From a virus, in the IMG/VR virus record IMGVR_UViG_3300028563_000012, positions 1-64,000 of that record: DNA of 64,000 nt; one strand, written 5' to 3'. The notes below the pieces were generated by a model that did no database searches, was not told where the DNA came from, and saw only the letters and a list, made by a program, of their open reading frames with translations. Both the position numbers and the translations under genes were made by a program. Of this stretch, positions 18,621 to 27,310 are shown in pieces (the first letter of the stretch is position 1; every line of letters starts with the position of its first letter).

Positions 18621-19067
18621 TTACTCCTTGGTTGGCGCCTTCTTTGCGGCAGCAAGCTTGACCGCATTCTTGGCAGGCGCAGTTGCCTTGGCTGGCGATG
18701 TCGGCTTGGTGACCTTCTCAGGCTTGGTGACTTCGGCCGCGGCTTCCGTCTCAACAACGGCTTCCTCTTCTTCGTTTTCTTCGCCCTCCGTGACTTCGCC
18801 CTCAGCCACGCCGCCATTGAGGAAGCGTTTCACGTAGGGTGCCGGTTGGAACTTCAGCATCACGCGTGCTGGGATGTCCATCTTGCCGCCTGGAATCTGC
18901 GGGCTGGTGATGGAACGAGCAGCCGCATGCTTCAGCCTGAAGGTGCCGAAGTCCTTGACCATCACGGGTTCGCCATCTGCTACGCTCGACAAGATGGCTG
19001 CGAACATTGACTTTGCCTGCATGTCGTTGATGCCGGCCGCTCGTGCTGCTTTGTGAATACCTGCCAT
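18621..19067 (-). CDS. HU/IHF-family DNA-binding protein with acidic then Lys/Ala/Pro tail
   Basis: GEPV.VKDFGTF....AAR...P......IPAR...KF.P. Confidence 0.9.
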   Translation of the reverse strand: MAGIHKAARAAGINDMQAKSMFAAILSSVADGEPVMVKDFGTFRLKHAAARSITSPQIPGGKMDIPARVMLKFQPAPYVKRFLNGGVAEGEVTEGEENEEEEAVVETEAAAEVTKPEKVTKPTSPAKATAPAKNAVKLAAAKKAPTKE

Positions 19068-19094
19068 GTTGGAATCTCCTGCTTTGATTGGTTG

Positions 19095-22000
19095 CTACGG
19101 TTCGATCACGGTCACAGCCGCTTCGATCTTGTTGTCCAGGAAATATGTGCGTTTTTCCTTGGTCAACTTGAACTTGGCAATGACACCACGATGTAGTATT
19201 TGTTGAAAGGACTCCCAGCTGCTGGCAAAACACAAACATTCGCGGTGCAGCCCGTCTGATCCGATCAACCCCAAAAACCCCATTTCATTGCCCTTCTTGT
19301 CAGTTTTTTGCATCACCCGAACCACAAGCGCTGACATCTTCCATATCCTGTCTTCGCAAATGGGCAACACATGCTTCCCGCCCGGACGCCATCCGTCCCA
19401 CAAGCATAACTCAAGCGGATCAAAACCTGGGCTGGTTGCGCCTTGATCCTCGGCACCAATCTTGGCCTTCAACTCGTCAAGGTCCACAAGAAAGCTGGCA
19501 CGCATGGAGTGGTACTGCTTGTTGATCACGACGTGTCCAGCAACAACGGTGCCAGCGCCGCGCTCCAGCAACGGCCTGTAGATTTCATAATCACTCACAT
19601 CAATCTTCACACGCTGGTTACGCCCGGACATGTCTTCAACATTTATGTTGGCATAACGCTTGCCCCACCCCATCTTGGCTTTGTCTTCATCGCTTGGTTC
19701 CTCACCAGAATGGAAATCGCCAACCTGATTTTGACGCACCTCGATGATCCTGCCCCACATCCAAGCGTCCGGGTTGTCCCAAATCGCCTCATCGTCCATC
19801 TTCATCCAAACGGTGCGCATGCCTTCGATCATGGGCACATACGGGGCCAGCGGATCCTCGCCGCATGCCATCGGGTTGATGCGCTTGGCAATGTCTTCCG
19901 CTACGTCAGCAGGCCACTTCGGAGCAGCCGCAGATGCTCGAATGATGGCACGCAACTTGTCTTGCCAACCTTTGTTGGCTTTGCCGACATGGACCCACAA
20001 CTTTTCCAGGTTCTCATAGAGCCATTTGGTGTTGGGGACCATGCGATCGAATGCGCCACCCTGGATGAGGGCGTTGACCACGCCCTTATGGCAACGGCGG
20101 CGATCGACGCGCTCTGCAAAATCAACGAAGTCCTTGTATGGGCCGGCTGCTGCGATGGCTCGCACTGCGGCCTCGCCAACGCCCTTGATGTTGGATACTG
20201 CTCCGACGATGGCCCCGCCTTCGATGGTCCAGTTGCATGGATCCTTGGAATTGATGTCAGGCATGAGAACATCGATGCCCATACGCTTGCAGGCGCGCAC
20301 CATCCGGATGACCTTGTCGGTATCGGGCTCGACTTTCAACAGAGCCCACATGAACTCCATTGGATAATGGGTCTTCAAGTACATCTCGCGATAGGCAATC
20401 AAGCCGTATGCGACGCTGTGGGCCTTGTTGAATCCGTATGAGCCGAAGAACTTGATTTGTTCGATCAGCTTGGATGCCAACTCGGGCGTCAGCCCATGTT
20501 CGATGGCACCCTTGACGAAGTTCTCGCGCTCCTTGGCTATTGCGTCATCACCGTACTTTTTGGCAATCTTGCGGCGCAAGCTATCAGACGTTGCCGGGCT
20601 GAAACCTGCGACGTCCGTGAAAATCTTCATCACGTGCTCTTGGTAGACGATGACCCCCAACGTGTCCTTGCATATTTCATCCACGAGCGGGTGGATTGAC
20701 ACAATCTTCTTGGGATCCTTCTTGCGCTTCAGGTATTCTGTGGCAAGACCTGAGCGAGCAGTCCCAGGGCGATCCAAGGCGACCATGGCAGACACGTCAT
20801 CAAAACTGGTGAACTCAACACCATCACAAATCTTGTCTGCTGACACCGTGTCGAATTGGAAGATGCCGATGTAGTGGTGGTTGGTGAAGTTGGCCAAAGT
20901 TGGCTTGTCATCGAGTGGCAGTTTAAGCCAATCAATTTCAACCCCATGTCTCTCTGCCACAGCCTCACGGCAAAAACGCATCGCTGACAGGTTGCGAATG
21001 CCTAGTATGTCCATCTTCACCAGGCCAAGGTCGGACACGCCATACATGTCGACCGCAGTCACCACTTTGGGAGTGCCATCCCCTTTCTGGCTGCGAATCT
21101 CCAGCGGCACGACATCGATGAGCGGCACTGGGCTCACCACAACGCCCGCGGCGTGAACCCCGAGTGCTTTGACCTGGCCCTCCAACTTCTTGGCGTACTC
21201 CAAAACCTCTGGATAACGCTCGTTGAAACGCTGGCACACTGGGAATTCCTTGAACGAGTCCTCGATGGTCATGCTGGCGCGTTCATCACCGCTGCTTCGC
21301 TCAACAACGGCATCCACCACAGGTTGGATCTCACGCAGTGGGATGTCCATGATTCGAGCAATATCACGCAAACACCCCTTGCCCGTCAACTTGTTGTTGG
21401 TGCCTATCTGCGATGCGTTGTCTTCACCATAGCGCTTGTGCAGAAACGTGATCACCTCATCCCGGCGGGCATCCTCGAAATCCATGTCAACGTCAGGAAG
21501 ATCAATGCGGTCAGGGCTGAGAAAACGTTCAAACAACAAGCCAAACATGATTGGATCCAAGTCCGTGATGCCGAGCAAGAATGAGACCAAACTACCACCA
21601 GCGGACCCACGAGCTGGGCCGCACTCGATTTTGGCCGCGCGGGCCCATTTGTAAACGTCCCACACCACCAACATGTAACGCGTTACCTTCTGCGCCTCCA
21701 TGCGTTCAAGCTCATAACGCAGCCGGTCCATGTAGATCTTGCGACAATCACCAATGGAGATCCTGCGGCGAGCAGCCTCAGCCACAATCAACCTGTCAAT
21801 GTCGCGCTCTTTCCACCCACGAAGGCAAAGCGAGCGAATGTACTTGTTCTCATCATCCGAGAATTCAGGCGGGATGGACACCTTGGGAACCAGCGCCTTG
21901 AACCTATCGACTTCCAACTTGGCTTGGAGCTTGGATTCCAACTCCATGGTGGTGTCGAGCGCGCCTTGGACCTGCGCGTCGGTCATATAGGGGTGGAACT

Positions 22001-22868
22001 GCCGGAAGCTTTCGGCCATTGCTGCTCTTGGCTTGAGCCAAAAGTCGTGCGTGGTGAACGTCCAACGGTTCGGATCGCTCAAGGTCGTGTGGCTGTGGAG
22101 GCACAGCATTGCCTCTTGGTATTTCCAATCATCCTCTGCGATGTAGTGTGCATCCTGAGTTGCGATCAGTGACATGCCGAAGCGCTTGGACAACGCAATC
22201 GTCGCCTTGTTGACTCTGACTTGGTCTGGCATGTTGTGAGGCATCACCTCGCCATAAAAATCATCGCCAAATGTTTCACGCAAACGCGTAACCTTGTCGA
22301 TGGCACCGCCAGGCTTGCCATCAAGGTAATCACTGCCAATTGAGCCGATCTGGCAACCCGACAACACCACCAATCCCTCGTGATTTGCGAGCAAGCAATC
22401 GAGATCCACGCGTGGCCGCCGATAAAACCCCTTGACCCATCCCAGCGTTGTGACGCGCATCAGGTTCTTCAAACCCACAGAATCTTTGGCCAAGACGGTC
22501 AAGTGATAACGGCCGGTGATGCCCTCGTCATGCTCGAATTTCTTGATGGCCTCCTTGTGAAGCGACTTGGGAAGGTTGTCTGTGACACGGGCCTTCTCTT
22601 CCGGCGTCATGCCGCGGCGCGCCATATCCTTACACAAATACAGCTCAACCCCGTAGATGGGTCGCACAACATCATCCGGGTTTTCTTCGATTTCCTTGTG
22701 CAACCTTGTGAGCTGTCGAACAGTCCCGTGCTCCGTGAAAGCAATGGCTGGTTGCCCCATGGCTTTGGCAGCCGTCATGAAATCATGCATCTTTCCACAG
22801 CCGTCTAGCGTGGAATATTCGCTATGCGTATGGAAATGACAAAAGTCATCAGATTTGACATCGCTCAT
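19095..22868 (-). CDS. dnaE: DNA polymerase III alpha subunit (family C, DnaE)
   Basis: PHP domain HFHTHSEYS.LDG and FTEHG; RGSAGGSLV, LLFERFL, PDVDMDF, HAAGVV, KMDILG, YGFNKAHS; OB folds. Confidence 0.97.
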   Translation of the reverse strand: MSDVKSDDFCHFHTHSEYSTLDGCGKMHDFMTAAKAMGQPAIAFTEHGTVRQLTRLHKEIEENPDDVVRPIYGVELYLCKDMARRGMTPEEKARVTDNLPKSLHKEAIKKFEHDEGITGRYHLTVLAKDSVGLKNLMRVTTLGWVKGFYRRPRVDLDCLLANHEGLVVLSGCQIGSIGSDYLDGKPGGAIDKVTRLRETFGDDFYGEVMPHNMPDQVRVNKATIALSKRFGMSLIATQDAHYIAEDDWKYQEAMLCLHSHTTLSDPNRWTFTTHDFWLKPRAAMAESFRQFHPYMTDAQVQGALDTTMELESKLQAKLEVDRFKALVPKVSIPPEFSDDENKYIRSLCLRGWKERDIDRLIVAEAARRRISIGDCRKIYMDRLRYELERMEAQKVTRYMLVVWDVYKWARAAKIECGPARGSAGGSLVSFLLGITDLDPIMFGLLFERFLSPDRIDLPDVDMDFEDARRDEVITFLHKRYGEDNASQIGTNNKLTGKGCLRDIARIMDIPLREIQPVVDAVVERSSGDERASMTIEDSFKEFPVCQRFNERYPEVLEYAKKLEGQVKALGVHAAGVVVSPVPLIDVVPLEIRSQKGDGTPKVVTAVDMYGVSDLGLVKMDILGIRNLSAMRFCREAVAERHGVEIDWLKLPLDDKPTLANFTNHHYIGIFQFDTVSADKICDGVEFTSFDDVSAMVALDRPGTARSGLATEYLKRKKDPKKIVSIHPLVDEICKDTLGVIVYQEHVMKIFTDVAGFSPATSDSLRRKIAKKYGDDAIAKERENFVKGAIEHGLTPELASKLIEQIKFFGSYGFNKAHSVAYGLIAYREMYLKTHYPMEFMWALLKVEPDTDKVIRMVRACKRMGIDVLMPDINSKDPCNWTIEGGAIVGAVSNIKGVGEAAVRAIAAAGPYKDFVDFAERVDRRRCHKGVVNALIQGGAFDRMVPNTKWLYENLEKLWVHVGKANKGWQDKLRAIIRASAAAPKWPADVAEDIAKRINPMACGEDPLAPYVPMIEGMRTVWMKMDDEAIWDNPDAWMWGRIIEVRQNQVGDFHSGEEPSDEDKAKMGWGKRYANINVEDMSGRNQRVKIDVSDYEIYRPLLERGAGTVVAGHVVINKQYHSMRASFLVDLDELKAKIGAEDQGATSPGFDPLELCLWDGWRPGGKHVLPICEDRIWKMSALVVRVMQKTDKKGNEMGFLGLIGSDGLHRECLCFASSWESFQQILHRGVIAKFKLTKEKRTYFLDNKIEAAVTVIEP

Positions 22869-23326
22869 CGTCTTGACATTGCCCTTCGATGGCGCCGGGC
22901 TCGCGCCTTACCGTGCCAAGCCCCATCAAAGCCGTTGCATTCGTTGCAGCTCAACTTGATCAGACCACGCTTGTGGTCACGTTCGTACATGCGCATGCGG
23001 TGCATCATGTTCATCTTGCGCGGCTCCCAATCACGAACGTTATCGCCATGATCGAAACAGAGCAGCACAGGTGCGCCCTTGCTGTCCATGTCACCAATCC
23101 TGGCACCGCACTCGCCACATTCATTCCCAAGCTCAGCACGCAATCGATCGCGGCGCTCACAAGCCTGCAAGTAAACACGATGTTTCCGCCTTCTCCAATG
23201 GAGCTTGTGATCACGCTTTGGCTTGGTTTTTTCATTGTGGCCGAATTCGAAATCAAGCCCGACACCGCCGAACGTCGAGATGCCGCTGTCATCCGAATCA
23301 GAAACTGGCTGCACGTGTTTCGCCAT
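22865..23326 (-). CDS. HNH-like Zn-binding protein
   Basis: CGECG...FDH...CNECN. Confidence 0.55.
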   Translation of the reverse strand: MAKHVQPVSDSDDSGISTFGGVGLDFEFGHNEKTKPKRDHKLHWRRRKHRVYLQACERRDRLRAELGNECGECGARIGDMDSKGAPVLLCFDHGDNVRDWEPRKMNMMHRMRMYERDHKRGLIKLSCNECNGFDGAWHGKARARRHRRAMSRR

Positions 23327-23900
23327 GAATCATCACCCGTTCGATTATCTCTTCAGGGCTTTGCCCATTCGCAATAATCACCCGGATGTTGCCCGTGGGG
23401 ATGTGGCAAACGACATGATCAATGGCTTTAGCCTCCCAATCACCGACGCGTCCACCGCGTGCCCTGCGCACCTCGTATGGTTGTCGCATCAACACCAAAA
23501 TGGTATGGTTCCCGGACAACAGCTTCACCCAAAGTCGCAGAGCAGCCAAGCCATTCTTGCTCAGCCTTGTCGTGCTCAACCATGGCTCGTTGCCGTAGGA
23601 GCTTGGCGGCATCCCGTCCCACATATCATCATCGTAAGCCAACCCTGAGATCAGCGACCTGTCAAGGATGACGTCGGTGCAATGAGTTGCCCCCAGCAAA
23701 TCGGCAACAACAAGATCCTCGCGCCAGGTATTGACCCGCATGGGGATGTCTTTCAACTCGGGGTATGCGTCGCCGGGCTGGTGGCTGTCGGGTGCGCGCC
23801 TGAATGGGCGGTACACGGGCGCATGGATGAAATTCGCCAAACTCTTGGCGACTGTTCCCTTGCCAACGCCTGATGCGCCTTCGAAAATCACCACTGCCAT
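23298..23900 (-). CDS. P-loop deoxynucleoside monophosphate (thymidylate-type) kinase
   Basis: IFEGASGVGKGT P-loop and ILDRSLIS motif. Confidence 0.8.
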   Translation of the reverse strand: MAVVIFEGASGVGKGTVAKSLANFIHAPVYRPFRRAPDSHQPGDAYPELKDIPMRVNTWREDLVVADLLGATHCTDVILDRSLISGLAYDDDMWDGMPPSSYGNEPWLSTTRLSKNGLAALRLWVKLLSGNHTILVLMRQPYEVRRARGGRVGDWEAKAIDHVVCHIPTGNIRVIIANGQSPEEIIERVMIHGETRAASF

Positions 23901-23904
23901 TGGG

Positions 23905-25101
23905 CTAAAACTCCAAGCAACGTTTGTAGGCGCGCGACAATGATTCCATGGCCATGGCCATGGTTGGCATGCCGATATTCAACGGCGGCGTGATTTTGAT
24001 GGTGCCCGGCCCATCTCTGAACGTTGGGAGCAGCAGGCCCTCGGCCAATGCCTCGCGCTCCAACATGCGACGGTCAACAGGCACATCACAAGCAATCATC
24101 ATGCCGACTGCTCGCACTTGCCCCATGTCTGGGAATGAGTCGCGAGTTTCCAATGCAAACTTGGTGAAGGATCCGACCGAGATCACGCTGTCCAAGTTGC
24201 TTTGATTCTCCAACCAAGAGCACATCACGTTCACGAACGCATTGGACATTGGGTTGCCTCCGAATGTGCTGAAATGGGTGCCGGGCGTGAACGCGTTGCC
24301 CGCGTTGCCACGCGCCAAGGCCAGCCCCACAGGGAAGCCCATGCCGATGCCCTTGGCCAGACAGGTGATGTCGGGCTCAAGCCCAACGCGTTGTGCGTAA
24401 GTCGGTGCGCCAGTGCGTCCCGAGCCCGTCTGAACCTCATCGAAGATGAGCAAGCTGCCAACGCTGTGGGCCATGGCTTGGATGCTCTGCAACACTTCGG
24501 TTTCGTACGGCACGACATCATTGTTACCCATCACAGGTGCCATGATCACCGCGGCCAACGATGGTCCAAGGCTGATGATCATGTCACACATGCGCTCGAT
24601 GGGCGCGTGGATGAAGCCGCCTGGATAGGGGCCCATGCCTTCATAGTGATAAGATGGCCCATCACCCGCAGCAATGGCACCGTACGTCCGGCCGTGAAAG
24701 CCGCCCGACACGGACAAAATGTTGTTCCTTGGCGGGTTTGACAACTTTGCCTGCTTGTAATGGTACAAGCGCGCCATCTTGATGGCAGCTTCCACGGCCT
24801 CGGTTCCGCTATTGCACCAAAACACACGACTCGCGCCCATGAGCTTGCAGACCCGCTCGCTGACATAATTGCGCAATGGGTTGGTGTACAAGTTTGGAGC
24901 ATGGGCACCAAAATGGAAATCGGCCAGACATGACATGGCTTCGTTGATGCTTGCCCAAGACGTTCCCAAAGATGCTGTGCCTGTATCCGTGAACAAGTCG
25001 AGCAGCTTACGGCCGTCTGCGCGTACCAAGTACGGCCCATCAGCCCCAACGATGTTGAAATTTCTGAACTCAACTGTATCCATTAGATGGTTGGCCGTCA
25101 T
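23905..25101 (-). CDS. Class III PLP-dependent aminotransferase (ArgD/OAT-like, divergent)
   Basis: NSGTEAVEAAIK, FHGRT, DEVQTG.GRTG, AKG (PLP lysine), STFGGNP, PPL. Confidence 0.93.
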   Translation of the reverse strand: MTANHLMDTVEFRNFNIVGADGPYLVRADGRKLLDLFTDTGTASLGTSWASINEAMSCLADFHFGAHAPNLYTNPLRNYVSERVCKLMGASRVFWCNSGTEAVEAAIKMARLYHYKQAKLSNPPRNNILSVSGGFHGRTYGAIAAGDGPSYHYEGMGPYPGGFIHAPIERMCDMIISLGPSLAAVIMAPVMGNNDVVPYETEVLQSIQAMAHSVGSLLIFDEVQTGSGRTGAPTYAQRVGLEPDITCLAKGIGMGFPVGLALARGNAGNAFTPGTHFSTFGGNPMSNAFVNVMCSWLENQSNLDSVISVGSFTKFALETRDSFPDMGQVRAVGMMIACDVPVDRRMLEREALAEGLLLPTFRDGPGTIKITPPLNIGMPTMAMAMESLSRAYKRCLEF

Positions 25102-25103
25102 TG

Positions 25104-25256
25104 TTACCCTCTTTGCGCTTCCTTCAAATCATGTTCCCAAATGCGAACAACACCCCAGCCAGCAGTGATGGCGCGCTGATCATGTTTTGCATCCGCCTGT
25201 CGTCTCTCTGTGTTCTCGTTCGGATGGTGGATGGGACAGACTCCCGCCAGCAGCGG
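25104..25256 (-). pseudogene. C-terminal remnant of a Vsr/DUF559-type endonuclease
   Basis: Hand translation CPIHHPNENTERRQADAKHDQRAITAGWGVVRIWEHDLKEAQRG*; in-frame TGA just upstream and no ATG. Confidence 0.65.
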
Positions 25257-25304
25257 TCAGCCTGCCACGTCTAGCCATCTCTGATGAATCGTACGTCCGA
25301 AGCA

Positions 25305-26291
25305 TCACTTCCACAGATACGGATCACAGCCCCACAACGCACGATACTCTTCAGCTCTTTCCAACATCTCATCCTGACGAGGGATGATGTTGCGAGTCTT
25401 GCGAAGCGCAACAAGCCGATCATCAGGAGTCGCACCAGGCACATGCTTCGAACCTTCTTCATCGGAGCACAGATACAAGGGGCAAGGGCTGTGTGCGTCG
25501 GATCCGTCCACGCGCCTGGAATTCTCCAGTCGGTAAAGGCAACTGCTGAATTTTCCATCATTCCCCACGCAAGGCGGGTGAACGATTTTGCGAAACATCG
25601 GGTGCACCTTTTCGGCAAGCTCGTTCACGATGCCGGTAATGATCGGGCCCCAAAGCCCCATCTGAAGGATGTAGCAACCGCGCTTCCCCAAGATGTGGAG
25701 CAAGGCTTGAAGCGTCAACTTCCAGCTGATGCGGTGTTGGGCGCCGAGCGGGATGAGGTCACGCGCATCTTCCATGGGCACCCCGGCTGCCACCAAATCC
25801 TTGTAGGCATCTTGGATAAGGTGCATGGTTGACACGAATCGATTCACAGCAAGGAATGAATCACCATCCGGACGCTTGCATGTTTTCCCCTTCAGCGTCT
25901 CGGGCACGCGATACATCCCGCGATCCGCAAACGTGCTCATGTCCTGGATGCGCATCGATTGCGACCACCAGGTTGACGTGGCAATGTCCGGAATGGTATC
26001 CACGCCATAGTTGTCGCCAGCGCGGGCGCCAATTCGATGTCGTACCATTTGCTCCCGGAACGAGACACTGACGCCCTCCAGCATGAAGGTGAACTCAATG
26101 TCTTCTCCCACGGGGATTTGCTGCCGGATGACTTGCCAAAACAGCTCTTCCAGCTTGGAATGCGGCACGGTGTCGCGGACTTCCTTGATGGACAACGGCA
26201 CCGGGCCGTCAACTTTGCTGGCTTCCCAGAGCAGCCAGACGGTTGCCAACGGATCGGGCGTAGACGAAACAAGCGTGACTTTCGGTTTCAT
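25305..26291 (-). CDS. thyX: Flavin-dependent thymidylate synthase (ThyX)-family protein, divergent
   Basis: E...FTF..EGVS..FREQMVRHR, SQSMR, GVPMEDARDLIP, ILGKR. Confidence 0.85.
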   Translation of the reverse strand: MKPKVTLVSSTPDPLATVWLLWEASKVDGPVPLSIKEVRDTVPHSKLEELFWQVIRQQIPVGEDIEFTFMLEGVSVSFREQMVRHRIGARAGDNYGVDTIPDIATSTWWSQSMRIQDMSTFADRGMYRVPETLKGKTCKRPDGDSFLAVNRFVSTMHLIQDAYKDLVAAGVPMEDARDLIPLGAQHRISWKLTLQALLHILGKRGCYILQMGLWGPIITGIVNELAEKVHPMFRKIVHPPCVGNDGKFSSCLYRLENSRRVDGSDAHSPCPLYLCSDEEGSKHVPGATPDDRLVALRKTRNIIPRQDEMLERAEEYRALWGCDPYLWK

Positions 26292-26309
26292 GGCATTGGA
26301 CCTTTCAGT

Positions 26310-27239
26310 TCATATATTTGCCAACGCTGCTTTGATGTCGTCCCAATTGCGACACCCAAGTACGTTGGCATGTTTGAAGTTCTCTATGTCATCCCACCCC
26401 GGCAGTTTCAACACCTTCACACCGATGGCTGCCAATTCGGATGCATATTTGTGCCGATCCTCGATCATCGCGATGATTCGAGCAGGTTGCATCTGACGGA
26501 CGGCATCGGCCTTGTCGTTGGTGAAAATGATATGATCTTGACCCAATCCTACCTTGTCACACCATTCCATGGTGTCTGCGTACACGCGGGTGTGCCGGCG
26601 GTACGGTCTTGACGTCACCATGATGAGGCGCCGATCCCTAACAGCATGGGCGCAATATTCATGAGTTCGGCCGCGCCATCTCGAAAGCGTGTTGACGGCA
26701 CCAGAAATGGTCCCAAGCGTCAGGAATCCACCCTCAGCATAGAAGCGCTCTTTGGCCTTTTCTTGTTCCAAGGAGCCTTCGGGCGCGCCGTTGATGTCGA
26801 TGCCGCGAGCAGCAGTCCAAGCCGGAAAGCCATGCGCCCAATCAGCCACGCAATCGTCCAAGTCGCAGAGCAACACGTCAACATCGCGCAAGCTGTCACA
26901 TTGCGCCTTCCATTTGGCGTCAACCACCATGGTCTTGCGATTGAACTCAACCAACATCATCTCGGGTGTCACCCCGTGCAATGCCATCAGCGCAACGAGG
27001 TATTTCATCACGTCAATGCCGTCTTCCGCAACGGCGGCAGGGTGACGCTTGACAGCCTTCATGATGATGTGATACTTGTCGATGTCCAAGCGCTTTTGAA
27101 GCTCGCCAAGCTCCTCATACATCCCAAGGATCAGTTCCTTGGTCAGCGCGCTCTTATCATCGTCTGACAATCCTTCCCATGAATGCCAGAGAGATTGCTG
27201 CTCAATTTGCCGCCGCCATATTTTTTCCAAGTCTCCCAC
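26310..27239 (-). CDS. Fusion of a MazG/dimeric dUTPase-like pyrophosphatase and an HAD 5'(3')-deoxynucleotidase
   Basis: N-terminal EELGEL...EDGIDVMKYL; C-terminal DLDDCVAD, VTSR, K, IEDR (HAD motifs I-IV). Confidence 0.8.
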   Translation of the reverse strand: MGDLEKIWRRQIEQQSLWHSWEGLSDDDKSALTKELILGMYEELGELQKRLDIDKYHIIMKAVKRHPAAVAEDGIDVMKYLVALMALHGVTPEMMLVEFNRKTMVVDAKWKAQCDSLRDVDVLLCDLDDCVADWAHGFPAWTAARGIDINGAPEGSLEQEKAKERFYAEGGFLTLGTISGAVNTLSRWRGRTHEYCAHAVRDRRLIMVTSRPYRRHTRVYADTMEWCDKVGLGQDHIIFTNDKADAVRQMQPARIIAMIEDRHKYASELAAIGVKVLKLPGWDDIENFKHANVLGCRNWDDIKAALANI

Positions 27240-27310
27240 GTCTTACGACTCCATTTCTATTGCCTTTCAACGCGTCACTTAGCGCTCGACGGTGCTCATC
27301 ATAGAACTTG

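Noticed and set aside
19095-22868. Intein or intron in DnaE (also checked RecA and DnaB)
   Set aside because: Lengths are ordinary, motifs are contiguous, and no intein C...HN splice motifs were seen.
23905-25101. Calling the aminotransferase argD (arginine biosynthesis auxiliary gene)
   Set aside because: No other arg genes, altered specificity residues, and embedded among nucleotide genes.
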